A model generated the notes under the pieces. It saw only the letters and a program-made list of their open reading frames with translations. It had not been told where the DNA came from and did not search any database. Both the position numbers and the translations under genes were made by a program. A DNA stretch of 64,000 bases from Trypanosoma brucei. Taxonomy: Eukaryota. The DNA lies in NCBI GenBank assembly GCA_000002445.1, contig CP000069.1, positions 1,280,001-1,344,000 of the forward strand, read 5' to 3'. How positions within the stretch are numbered: the first letter of the stretch is position 1; each line of letters starts with the position of its first letter. Below are positions 10,688-20,820 of this stretch, in pieces.

Positions 10688-10870
10688 TCGTTTAACTTTA
10701 TGTTGCGAGTTATATATTTGTATGTGGGCCCCGCTTAAGGGTTGACATATCATTACAAATTCTCTGCTATCGTCTTGATTCCTTCCTGATGCTCTGCTTA
10801 AGTTTTTTTTAAACTCTAAATAAACGTTGAACCTTTTCCTTAGCGAATCTTTTTGAATACGATTCTCGGA

Positions 10871-12112
10871 ATGAACTCCGGCACTTGCATTGGAGGCCTG
10901 CAAGGTTCAAAGGACCTTTTAGATGCCGTTCGAGCGGCCGTGGTTAGGGGCGATCTGGATGCGCTGGCTTCCCTCAAAGGCGATTTCCTGGTTATCAAGG
11001 AAAATATAGTTAAATGTGTTGATGGATCGGGGAACACTCTGGTTCATCTGGCACTTGGGAAAAATACCACTATGCTGGAGTTTGTAGTTAAGGAGCTTAC
11101 CGGTGATGTAAACGCGCCAAATTTTCAAGGACGCACTCCGTTGCATGAGGCCGTCAGAAACAACTATGTTGAATGTTGTGAGGCCCTCTTGGACTATGGG
11201 GCAGATGTCGGTGCCCAGTCTGCAACTCTCTCTACACCATTTCATACAGCGGCTGCCTGTGGGAGTGTGGAGTGTATGGAGGTATTGTTGAAACGGAGTG
11301 ATAACCCGAAAAATAAGGTGAACGAACTGGATCGCAACAAGTGTTCAGCGCTGCATAAGAGTGCCTCGGATGGAGACGTTCGTGTTAGCAAGTGGTTGGT
11401 AGAGCATGGCGCTGAAGTAGACCAGAAGGACGCAGATGATACGACGCCACTTCTTATGGCTGTTAAGATGGGTAAACCGGATGTGGCAGAGTATTTGATT
11501 AAGCAGGACGCGAACCGTGACCAGGCGGATTCTCACGGGAACCGTCCTGTTCATTATTGTGCTATTCGTTGTGATTATAAGATTCTCAAGATCCTCATTG
11601 ATGCAGGGGCTACAGTTAACGTTCAGAACAATGATTTAAACAATCCCCTTCATCTTGCAGCTATTCACCAGCGGCCGAATTCGAGGGAATGGGAGGATTT
11701 GATTGAGCTTCTGCTCGATTCGGGGTGTGACCCAGCGGTAGAAAATGCTTCGCGCAAAAAACCTGCAGATTATGTTGGTCGGAGCTTCAAGAAATTTTTC
11801 TCAAACGAAGTCTCCGTCGAACGTCGTAGACTAGAGAAGAAGAAGATGCAAGAAGAAGAGGAGGAGTTTAAAACAATGCTGGAGATGAGGAATACTTGGA
11901 GAGCCAACATCGTTGCTGACCTAGAAAAGGTAAAGAGAAGACAAAAAGAGGAACTTGATCGATTGCATAGGGAGACGGAAGAAAGGCACCGTGCGGAGGA
12001 TGACGCACGGATGCTATTGGAGGAAGCGATAGAGAGGAAACGCTACCAGGAGGAGCAAAGGAAAAAGCGGCTGGAGGCCGCCGAAAAGGGTGCGAGCACT
12101 ATGAAGAAGTAA
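10871..12112 (+). CDS. ankyrin-repeat protein with charged C-terminal coiled-coil
   Basis: Several 33-residue ankyrin repeats (GNTLVHLA, GRTPLHEAV, TPLLMAV, NPLHLAAI). The C-terminal ~100 residues are K/R/E-rich and heptad-like. The track start 10853 is TTG; first ATG is at 10871. Confidence 0.75.
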   Translation: MNSGTCIGGLQGSKDLLDAVRAAVVRGDLDALASLKGDFLVIKENIVKCVDGSGNTLVHLALGKNTTMLEFVVKELTGDVNAPNFQGRTPLHEAVRNNYVECCEALLDYGADVGAQSATLSTPFHTAAACGSVECMEVLLKRSDNPKNKVNELDRNKCSALHKSASDGDVRVSKWLVEHGAEVDQKDADDTTPLLMAVKMGKPDVAEYLIKQDANRDQADSHGNRPVHYCAIRCDYKILKILIDAGATVNVQNNDLNNPLHLAAIHQRPNSREWEDLIELLLDSGCDPAVENASRKKPADYVGRSFKKFFSNEVSVERRRLEKKKMQEEEEEFKTMLEMRNTWRANIVADLEKVKRRQKEELDRLHRETEERHRAEDDARMLLEEAIERKRYQEEQRKKRLEAAEKGASTMKK

Positions 12113-12503
12113 ATTACCTCATATTTATTTTTCGGGGTCTCGCTTTGCGCTTATCTCTAACCAATGTTTTCCTTCTCCCATAGCTCGCCAGCGCACAGCT
12201 GTTATTAGTTCCCATTCGCGATAGTGTGGAAGTGTTGTGTTGCAAGTTTCACGGTAGATGTGTTGATACATAAGTAACTTCTTCTAGTGTTGCAGTGACT
12301 TTCAAATTATGCAAGAGCGACACAAAGGGCTGTCCTTTTGGTAGCCGCACCTCGACTTCATGTACATGTATTATCCCCTTTATTATGTCGATCTATGTGC
12401 CCTCGTTTCTCTGTACATGTTTTTAATCTCCTTTTCGTTCATGCAACTGTATGACCATACATCTCCCTCTTTCCAGTTCTTTTCCTCCGAGGTGAACAAC
12501 GTG

Positions 12504-12971
12504 ATGGCTGCTCAAGGGCTGTTGAAGGAGCGCGACTTGGCGGGCACTGCAGCGTTCGAGGTTGCGCTGCAGCACATTGTTGTGAGGCAGGATCGTACTT
12601 ACCACTTTGCGCAACTATTAATTGCGCTTTCTTTTCTAGTTCTCATTGTCGAGGTCGTGCTAATCGTTGTCACTTATGCAGTGCTTCCGATTTTGTCCAT
12701 CGAACCCGAGGGGTACGTATGTCATATTTTGTCCTTTGCCTCGCCACCTTGTCTCATTCTACCGGTTGTGTGTCTCGGGTTGCTCCGCACTGCGACCCAA
12801 AGGTTCGCTATTGAATCCGGCAGCCAAATGGTACATAGACTAAATGCCACCGTTATGGAACCTTGCTTGGGAATGCACTTCAAATATTTATCGGGGAAGA
12901 TTAGTTCTGACGGGTATTGTTATGCTGATAGGGACCTGTTGTCTAAACCCGACTATACGAGTCAGACCTGA
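12504..12971 (+). CDS. hypothetical small membrane protein (uncertain gene)
   Basis: 156-codon ORF from ATG 12504, in the same orientation as its neighbours, inside an otherwise 1.1 kb gap. It has two long hydrophobic segments (LLIALSFLVLIVEVVLIVVTYAVLPIL, ILSFASPPCLILPVVCLGLL). No homology recognised. Confidence 0.2.
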   Translation: MAAQGLLKERDLAGTAAFEVALQHIVVRQDRTYHFAQLLIALSFLVLIVEVVLIVVTYAVLPILSIEPEGYVCHILSFASPPCLILPVVCLGLLRTATQRFAIESGSQMVHRLNATVMEPCLGMHFKYLSGKISSDGYCYADRDLLSKPDYTSQT

Positions 12972-13225
12972 CGGTTCGTGAAGATAGGGGGATGTGCCGC
13001 CATCTGTTCTGGCGGTACCGGCTGCCAATGCCTTGCCGTCCTCCGACTTGTGCCGTAGCGCTCCTTTTCCCACTGAGTGCATTATCGGGGAGTACACGCG
13101 TGCGCGTGTGCTTGTGGGATGGCCGTTTCACTTTCCTCTGCCTCCCCCTTTTGTTTCTTCCCCCTTTCTGTTTCCACACGAGTCAGACACCTCATTTCAA
13201 AGCTCATAGCTCCTCCAAGTACAGA

Positions 13226-14326
13226 ATGCCGAACGCTGATGCTCTATGGGTTGTTTTCTTTTGTATCATCGGGACTATGCGTGTCGAGGGACGGCAGATA
13301 GTGGTTGTAGGGGATTTGCACGGGGACCTCAATCAAACCCTCGCCATATTAAAGATTACAGGGCTTGTTGATGACCGCCAGCATTGGATTGGTGGTGATA
13401 GTTTTTTTGTCCAGCTTGGCGACATATTCGATGTGGGCCCGGACGACATTTCGATAGTTAAACTCCTGATGAAACTTGAAAAGGAGGCACAATCAGTGGG
13501 TGGGGATGTTATCGAGCTTTTGGGCAATCATGAGATTCGTAATCTTCTCGGGGACTACAGTGCAGTGGACCCCGGTAGCCTCGCGGGCTCTGGAGGTGTC
13601 AGTGGGCGCGATCGTTTACTTTCCAACAGGACTTCTGTTGGCATGTATTTGCGTACAAGGAAAGCCATTTTTCACCATAACGAATTTCTTTTCATGCATG
13701 GGGGGTTGTCAACTGCGACGGCGAGCATTATCACAGGTATTGACAAAATACATGAGTTTAACAAGGATTTGAGAAAGGCGTTAACGAATGGTACGCTGAC
13801 CCCTCTGGGAAGTACAGGCCTCAACCTCGCCGAAGGTGGTGGACAAGAAGTTGTGAACCCCATTTTGGTTCGCTCAATCTTGAACGTCCGCTGTAAAGAC
13901 TTGATAAAGGTTCTTCAAAATAAATTTGCCGGAATTAAGTCTGTGGTGGTTGGCCATGTGCCTCACAACCATCAGGATTTTAAGGATTGGCGACTATGCG
14001 GGGGCCATTTAATTGCTATCGATTTCGGTCTTAGTCGTTGGAAGAAAGGTGATCCAGGGCACGTGGCCGCGCTGCAGATTGACGATACCACAGGTCACGT
14101 GCAGCTGCTTGAGTCGACGGTACGCTTTCCTGAATTCAGCGCTGATGAGCACCCCGTGGATAGGCCGTTGATTGGCAAGTGGTTTCCAGTGATTGAGCGT
14201 GTATCGGTCGTTGTCATCATTCTCGTTTCTTTGGTATTTATTGGGAAGTGGGCAGTATCGTTTATCTGCGGTGGTAATGGCGGCACTCCCGGTAATCGAC
14301 GATATGGGACTTTTTCCCCTGTGTAG
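13226..14326 (+). CDS. calcineurin-like metallophosphoesterase / Ser-Thr phosphatase (Shelph/ApaH-like type) with N-terminal signal peptide and C-terminal transmembrane segment
   Basis: GDLHGD, GDIFDVGPD and GNHE metal-binding motifs. N-terminus MPNADALWVVFFCIIGTMRVEG is hydrophobic. C-terminus WFPVIERVSVVVIILVSLVFIGKWAVSFIC is a predicted TM helix. Start at ATG 13226; the longer upstream ORF is proline/cysteine junk. Confidence 0.8.
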   Translation: MPNADALWVVFFCIIGTMRVEGRQIVVVGDLHGDLNQTLAILKITGLVDDRQHWIGGDSFFVQLGDIFDVGPDDISIVKLLMKLEKEAQSVGGDVIELLGNHEIRNLLGDYSAVDPGSLAGSGGVSGRDRLLSNRTSVGMYLRTRKAIFHHNEFLFMHGGLSTATASIITGIDKIHEFNKDLRKALTNGTLTPLGSTGLNLAEGGGQEVVNPILVRSILNVRCKDLIKVLQNKFAGIKSVVVGHVPHNHQDFKDWRLCGGHLIAIDFGLSRWKKGDPGHVAALQIDDTTGHVQLLESTVRFPEFSADEHPVDRPLIGKWFPVIERVSVVVIILVSLVFIGKWAVSFICGGNGGTPGNRRYGTFSPV

Positions 14327-15700
14327 GAGCTCAGAATCGACGGGAGGAGTCAGCTGCCGATTAAGTCAAGGGTCCGCATGCAGAAGAGGTCAATGTGCTG
14401 TGTTTAATGTGCATGTGCTGCGTGTTTTTCTTTTTCGCGTGGGAAACGTATACAATGAGCGAAGGATGGTATGTGACTGCTAACCCGAAGGGGCACTGTG
14501 CCGCTCACGCTGGCATCCCCTCTGCGCCCTGTAGTCATCGGCGGGGTTCATTGTTAGCATTTAGTGGTTACGGGCTAGGAAGAGGTACCCCCGGCATATG
14601 TGTGCGGGCTGAGTGGGGCAGGTGGACAAGTAACATGTACAAGGAAAAGGGGAGGGGTAGCATTCTTGCCACTGTGTTGTGTACATATATATACATATGC
14701 CTATATATACTTTTTGGTAGCGGTTGATGCAGTGTGTTTGTTTCAACCGTTCGAGCTTGCGCTGAGTAATTAACACTTGTAACTGAAACATAGAACGTGT
14801 GGTACGGAGAAGATTGTTCTTTATCGCCTTTTTGTGAGGTTGGTGTTGTTTTTCGTGTTTTTGCTCGAGTTTTTTTCTCATCCTCAGCTCTTCTACACTT
14901 TGAGCCAAATTGAATTATTCTAGTTAAGCTGAAACGAGAGTAACGTGAGAAGCTACTCTGTATCTAGTTAGGTAGCATGTACGTGCTTTATTACTACGGG
15001 CACCGTGAGTGGAAGTATAGCTCGGTAAACTTTATGGTGCCCTTCAGCTAAGGTTTGTGGGATCGGTTGTTGGCTGGATGAATGGTTGTGACGGTTCACC
15101 TTCTGGTACTGCTGTTTGAAGCGGGGTTTGATTGGGGTGTGGACCATGTATGTTTGCGTGTATGAATAGGTGAGTGTATTGAGTGTTATAGCTAGATATG
15201 ATTGTAGCCTCGTGCATGGTGTGGGGTGGAATGTTACTCGTCTCAAAAGACCTTGGCCTCCTGCGTTGCTTGGTCCTGTAGATACCTCTACCAAGGATGA
15301 AATAGGCAGCAACAGACCGTTAAGGGGGAGCTGCAGCGGAGCAGCGTTTGCAGCCTCCCCTCTAAGGGGCAGTGGGGCTTTTGTTCTCTTTGAAAAAGAG
15401 TGCAAAAAACTTATTATTTTTCAAAGAACTGTTGTTTTGTAGTAGTGTGTCGGCTAAGTGTTTGCGTCTCTATATTTGAGAATCAAATGAATGTTGTGAT
15501 TGTTGTTTTGTGTTTATCACTCAATCTTCCCACCAAGGCACCTGATTTCTTCCCCCCTACTTTGCGGAGGTGCTTGAATTTTCCTTTTCATTCGAAAGGA
15601 AGGGGTGGCTACTAGTGGTGACGAAAGAAAACTGGAGCAACTTGCCTTCTCGGAAGGTTGTACTCGCTTTATAGGTTAATGAAAAGTGGGCCGTGCTGAA

Positions 15701-18415
15701 ATGCCCAAGAAAACTCGCGTCGAAGACCCCTTTGGCACGGCCGACGAGAATGATCGCGTTGTCGAGCTTTGGTTTCACGCGCAGGTTCCTCCAAAGTTTT
15801 GGGAGAAGCATGCTGGCACCAATCTCATGTTCGCATCAAATGTAATGGGTGAGGAGGAACGAGCTCTGGCTTGCAATTTGGTGGAGTCCGACAGCCCACC
15901 GGAGCCTTTCTCTATCCGCTTCTTTCGTCGCAAAGTTAATCTAGCACCCGGTGCTCTTCTTCAAGTTTGCAATGAAACCCACAAAATGACTGTGTATATC
16001 CGTAACTCTGGAATGTTAGAATCGGATGTAGCCGCTCCGAAGCCGAGCAAACGTGGTGCAAAAAAGGAGCGGCCTAGAAAAGGTGATGACTCATTTTTCA
16101 CGGACACCGTGGAAACTTTGACGTCACTTGAGTTTGATTTTATGGATCTTCTCACATCCTGTTCTGCAAAGTACCCCCTACAGGTGGATGACGGTTCTCT
16201 ATTCCGTAATTGCGTAATGGAGATATGTTGCGCTGAGCCATTTCTGCCTCCCAAGAGGTTCGACAGGTACCGACCACTGAAGTTTGAAATCTGCTCACTC
16301 AACAATCTTCCGGACCCTCGCACCCTCGATACACCGTTGTCTGTGTCGGTAAACTTCGGTGATATAAGTATTTCGTCGCCGAAGGTGAGCGTACCGCACA
16401 GCGGTAGGTCAATATTCCGTCAAATAGTGTTTTTGGGTCAAAGCACCCCTCTGCAAGTATACCGGGAGGCATTTTTCAAACCATTAGTTGTGACGCTTTT
16501 GGACGATAAGGCGAACGCGATTGGTAGGGGATCCGCTTCTGTTCGGGAGTATGTTACAGATAATCGGACAACGTTCAGTGAAATGGTGCATCTCTTACCG
16601 ATCCGAAGTGGTCTGTACGGCTGCGTTTGTCTGACTGAGGGTACGTTCGTGCTGCTCAAACTAGATTTTTTTTCCCCCTTACCGCCTTGCTGCCACGTTT
16701 ACAGCGATGGACGACCGGCATATGGGCATTTCCTTACTCGTGGTGTTATTCGTATGCCATACATGACACGGTGGGCAGGCGCCGTTCTGAGCACGTTTAT
16801 TGCCACCCTTCTGGAGACTAAGAGACCCACGGTGAATGACGACGTATACCAGCGGAAAGCTCCGGTCGTTAAACCGGAGGTTCCATCTGTGAAGGAGAAG
16901 AAAAAGGAACTCAAGCAGCATAAGGGCCAACAGGTAGTGCCACAGCGCCCACCTTCACCGCCATCGCCCTTCAGTCTTCCATTTGAGGTTGTGACTCCTC
17001 CTGGCATTAGTGGTGTTGAAGTGATGGATGACGACACGAGGATTTTTTGTATCGAGGGGCCCGTTTCGGAAATTCACAAACTGTTCGAGCGAATGAGCGC
17101 GGCGTCGGGGCACGATCCTCAGTTGGTACTCCTCATGAACGCGGAGCTATTTATTCCACAGCGCGAATACCTATCTTTTCCGCCACTTGTGACGCTACCG
17201 CCCTCGTTTGAATGCTTGGATGCAAACATGGATGCAAAGGGGGAGTCAGCTCTGGGAGATACACCAGAGGCTAATGCCCTTGGGGCCACCCTTTCCTGTT
17301 CTGAAGGTGCCGCCGTGTCACCCCGACCCACAGAGTTACCAGGACGGCCTCCGTCAGAACAGGATGCAAGTATCGAAGACAGTTTCGATACAGGAGAAGT
17401 GGAGGCAAACGGAACTGGGGGTCGAATTCATCGCGTCCGTATTTCAGCAACCATCGCGTCGCTAGTATCCCATCAACGCCACCTGCTGAAACGGAGTTTG
17501 TCGGAGAGTTGCATCGCTTGTTATAGTAAGCTCGACGCCATAAGCAGTTGTTCGCAGCTGCGCCAAGTTGTTGAACGTGATCTTTTCCCAACTCCAGAAG
17601 AGGTGCTCGCCTTGGAGCGGTCATTCGGTCGCATGCTGGGTCTGCCCGACGTCTTTGGACGGGAGGAGTTTGTTAATGTCACCAACAATGTGGACATGGA
17701 AAATTTTGCGTACCAGGGGGAAGTACAAGAAACCGCGGCAGATATCGATCTACATGCTTTAGAGGAGAAGGATGTTGGAAAATGTGTTGTGTTTGATGCT
17801 ATTCGTTCTGGTTGCTGCAGACGACTTCCTCCCTTTGTCGAGCAGCGGTTTCCTCATGCCTGCTGGATGCGCGTGGTGAGCACCAACAAGAATGTCTTGT
17901 GTGCCTTTCCCGTGAATTCACAACCAAGCCGAAGCATCCGTTACCGCGTAGAGGCGGAAATTATTCGTATGAATGGTAGTCTTTTTATCTTTGCTCTCAA
18001 GTCCACCTCGCTCGCCAAGGGGTTTACAGACTCACATAATCTGTCGTATGAGGCTCGTTTAGCTGCATCGTTACGAGCAAAGAAACGTCGGTCATCTAGT
18101 TTGCAAAGGGGAGGAGCACTTTCACTTGAAATATTGGCTTTGGAGCGTTCTCTGCAGCGCACGGAAACGAGTGGCGCTACTGGTGATGATTCTTCTGAGT
18201 CTCCGCGGAAGGATGCAGACACCAGGGCGAGGACTCAAGTCGCTGCTTCCCTGGGGAAATATCCTGATTCCAAACGGCGGCACATCTTGCCAGTGTGCTT
18301 GAAGCCCAGTCGAGAGGAGCAGCGCGAGCAGTATGCCTTGTGTTGGGAAATTTACCGCCGAAGGGCCCCGCAGGAGCGGCCAAAATTACCCAAAGGACCA
18401 CCGATGCGTTTTTGA
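15701..18415 (+). CDS. large conserved hypothetical protein (~904 aa) with Pro/Ser-rich central region
   Basis: Long uninterrupted ORF co-oriented with neighbours. ATG at 15701 (MPKKTRVEDPF). No domain recognised by eye. Confidence 0.7.
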   Translation: MPKKTRVEDPFGTADENDRVVELWFHAQVPPKFWEKHAGTNLMFASNVMGEEERALACNLVESDSPPEPFSIRFFRRKVNLAPGALLQVCNETHKMTVYIRNSGMLESDVAAPKPSKRGAKKERPRKGDDSFFTDTVETLTSLEFDFMDLLTSCSAKYPLQVDDGSLFRNCVMEICCAEPFLPPKRFDRYRPLKFEICSLNNLPDPRTLDTPLSVSVNFGDISISSPKVSVPHSGRSIFRQIVFLGQSTPLQVYREAFFKPLVVTLLDDKANAIGRGSASVREYVTDNRTTFSEMVHLLPIRSGLYGCVCLTEGTFVLLKLDFFSPLPPCCHVYSDGRPAYGHFLTRGVIRMPYMTRWAGAVLSTFIATLLETKRPTVNDDVYQRKAPVVKPEVPSVKEKKKELKQHKGQQVVPQRPPSPPSPFSLPFEVVTPPGISGVEVMDDDTRIFCIEGPVSEIHKLFERMSAASGHDPQLVLLMNAELFIPQREYLSFPPLVTLPPSFECLDANMDAKGESALGDTPEANALGATLSCSEGAAVSPRPTELPGRPPSEQDASIEDSFDTGEVEANGTGGRIHRVRISATIASLVSHQRHLLKRSLSESCIACYSKLDAISSCSQLRQVVERDLFPTPEEVLALERSFGRMLGLPDVFGREEFVNVTNNVDMENFAYQGEVQETAADIDLHALEEKDVGKCVVFDAIRSGCCRRLPPFVEQRFPHACWMRVVSTNKNVLCAFPVNSQPSRSIRYRVEAEIIRMNGSLFIFALKSTSLAKGFTDSHNLSYEARLAASLRAKKRRSSSLQRGGALSLEILALERSLQRTETSGATGDDSSESPRKDADTRARTQVAASLGKYPDSKRRHILPVCLKPSREEQREQYALCWEIYRRRAPQERPKLPKGPPMRF

Positions 18416-18801
18416 ATGTGTAAATAAGCATGTCTTTACCTATGAGATTTGCTTTGTTATACGGTTGTATATATGTTTCCCCTGTGCCAACTCTCTTCGG
18501 CATTCCTTGTGTAGAGACTGTGGTCGCACTGCAGCTAAGTGGCTTATATGACTCAATGCAGTTACTGGTGGCGGAACCACATATGTAGATTTGAAACTTG
18601 TTGAGAGCCCGCAAGGAAAGCGGGATGGGTGACTCATATTACCGTTTGGTAGCGCGTATCACCAGTCAGCTGCTTTAGATTTTTCTCTTGCTTCTCACTC
18701 ACCTCCGCTTCTGTTTGCCCTCGCTTGAAGTTTTGCCTTTTTCCGATAGAGTGTTAACACTGTTGTTCCGAGTCACAAACTGCAGTGGTGAAAGTCGAAG
18801 G

Positions 18802-19872
18802 ATGAGGATAATTCTCAAGAGCGTGCTGGGGAAGAAGCGTGAGCACGAAGTAAGCCCAGATACCAAGGTAGAGGATATAAAGAAGTTTCTTGAGAGCGAA
18901 TACACCCCACAAAGTCTTCGACTGTGTTACAATAACCGCGTTCTGGAGGACCCAATGACCATGGAACAGTTGGGCATTGGAGAGGACACCGTTATTGTGT
19001 ATGTGGGAAAGAAACAATCGGTTCAGCAGTTGGCGTCCAAGTCGGGCGGGTGTGCCTCACCAAGTGCTCCTGCAGAGGGCCCCGCAAAGGGGGAATTAAA
19101 CGAAAACCCTGGAGTCGCTGGTGCGAGCAGTGTACCGGTTGATGTGCCGGCCCCTTCCCCTAGTGCTCAAGCACCGGCGACAACACAGCAACCCTCAGGT
19201 CCCGCGCCTGCGTCTCTTCGGAGTGTTGATCCAGCCCTTATAGATTCAATTGTCGCGATGGGGTTTAACGACCGCGAGCAGGTATCTCTTGCACTTCGCG
19301 CCGCCTACATGAACGCCGATCGGGCGGTGGAATTTTTGTGCACGGGGATTCCTCCACATGTCCAGCAGCAACTCGCGGAGGCAGATCTCCAGGCAAGTGC
19401 CATGGGTAGAGCAGCGGTGCCGTCAGCGGGCACGCCGCCGTCGGACGCCGGGTCGGGTGGTACTCAGTCAGACCTTCGGAGGGCGCTGTCGGCGATTCCC
19501 CATATTGATGATTTCCGTTCACTGCTGCAAAACAACCCTCAAGCCTTTAGCGCGCTGGCCGGCCAACTACTTGAAAACTTCCCGCAAGTTGGCGAGCTTG
19601 CGCAGCAGGACCCGGAGGAGTTTGCAAGGTTTATGATGGCTGGGTCGGTGCCGGATAACGCTGACCAGACCCTTGTGACTGCTGGTGAGACGGAAGTGGA
19701 TGATGCTCAACCGTTAGGTGAGGAAGACAGAGCTGCAGTTAATCGCCTCGTTTTACTTGGTGAGGGAGCGTGGGGTGAGCGTGAGGCAACTGAAGCATAT
19801 CGCATGTGCGGACGGAGGGAAGATGCGGCAGCACATTTTCTTCTTTTCAACTTTCTCGGGATTACCGACTGA
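18802..19872 (+). CDS. RAD23: RAD23-like UV-excision-repair / proteasome shuttle protein (UBL-UBA-XPCB-UBA)
   Basis: N-terminal ubiquitin-like fold (MRIILKSVLGKKREHEV...LGIGEDTVIVYVGKK). UBA1 (IDSIVAMGFNDREQVSLALRAAYMNADRAVEFL). XPC-binding/STI1-like segment (FRSLLQNNPQAFSALAGQLLENFPQ). C-terminal UBA2 (VNRLVLLGEGAWGEREATEAYRMCGRREDAAAHFLL). Confidence 0.85.
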   Translation: MRIILKSVLGKKREHEVSPDTKVEDIKKFLESEYTPQSLRLCYNNRVLEDPMTMEQLGIGEDTVIVYVGKKQSVQQLASKSGGCASPSAPAEGPAKGELNENPGVAGASSVPVDVPAPSPSAQAPATTQQPSGPAPASLRSVDPALIDSIVAMGFNDREQVSLALRAAYMNADRAVEFLCTGIPPHVQQQLAEADLQASAMGRAAVPSAGTPPSDAGSGGTQSDLRRALSAIPHIDDFRSLLQNNPQAFSALAGQLLENFPQVGELAQQDPEEFARFMMAGSVPDNADQTLVTAGETEVDDAQPLGEEDRAAVNRLVLLGEGAWGEREATEAYRMCGRREDAAAHFLLFNFLGITD

Positions 19873-20820
19873 CGACGGAACAACCGCGTCCATTTTGTTG
19901 GTTGTTGTGAAAGTGCTCCGCGGCTCGAGGCTTGGCGAGGTGCGGGGAAATCGGTGTGATATCCATCGTAATCGGTGGGTACCGTTCAGGAGAATACTCT
20001 ATTCCAGTACGTTTACAGGGCCGGGGGCTACAGATCTAAATGGGGAAGGGGCAGTGTGATGGAGGCAATAAAGAGTTTATGTTTGTTTGCAATCGTCTCT
20101 ACGTTTACCCTCGTGACCTCTTTCTGGTAAGTTGTTGAATGAGTGGTCCGAAGTACGAGGGTGTCATTTGTCACTTAAGTACCGAATGATGGCGGTTGTC
20201 CGTTGCACACCTGTTGCGACTCTATTTGTCTACTTTCTCCTTGCTCTCCTTGGGGGATGGGAGCGTCGGTGGATTTTTGTCGGAAGGTTTTCTCCCTAAT
20301 CGTCATTATTATTAACTTCCTTTTTTTCCCTCGTGTGCGTGAATATGGGGATGTGGGGGAAAGGGGTATTATGAGTGCAGCGCTCAAAGTGGAGTGCGGC
20401 ATGTTCAGTGGCACACCCTTCACGCTACCACTGTCAACTTACAAAATCGAAAGGAAGAGAGATGTGAGCTGCGATGTCAGCGGTATGCATGTGTGGGGTG
20501 TGGGAATGAAGCTCGATGGGTGGTGGAAGAAAGAAAACGGAACAGGAAATATGACCCAGCTTTGGAGTTCACGGACACTCGTTATGAACCTCTTGGATAT
20601 TGGTCTTGTTACTCGCATCTTCCTCCCCTTGGCGCTCACCTTAGGTTGCAAGCACGTTGAATACCTTTGAGTTTACCCTACCATTCTTTTGGTCCCCTGT
20701 TAAACTGACTTGTCTCGTGTTTCTTCCCGGCGTGTAGACCCGAAAGAGGGGTGTCGCCGGTTGTGGCTCTTAGTTAAAACAAGTAATTAAAGTTAAAGTT
20801 GTACATTTCCCTTGTTGTAT

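Noticed and set aside
12992-13225. N-terminal 78-residue extension of the phosphatase ORF in the track
   Set aside because: Pro/Cys/Phe-rich translation of a pyrimidine tract that begins at a non-ATG codon. A real ATG with a hydrophobic signal-like start is at 13226.
20203-20670. 155-aa and 88-aa + ORFs in the RAD23-permease gap
   Set aside because: No motif, poor start context, and the region looks like UTR (pyrimidine tracts). Kept only as a remote possibility of a small protein.
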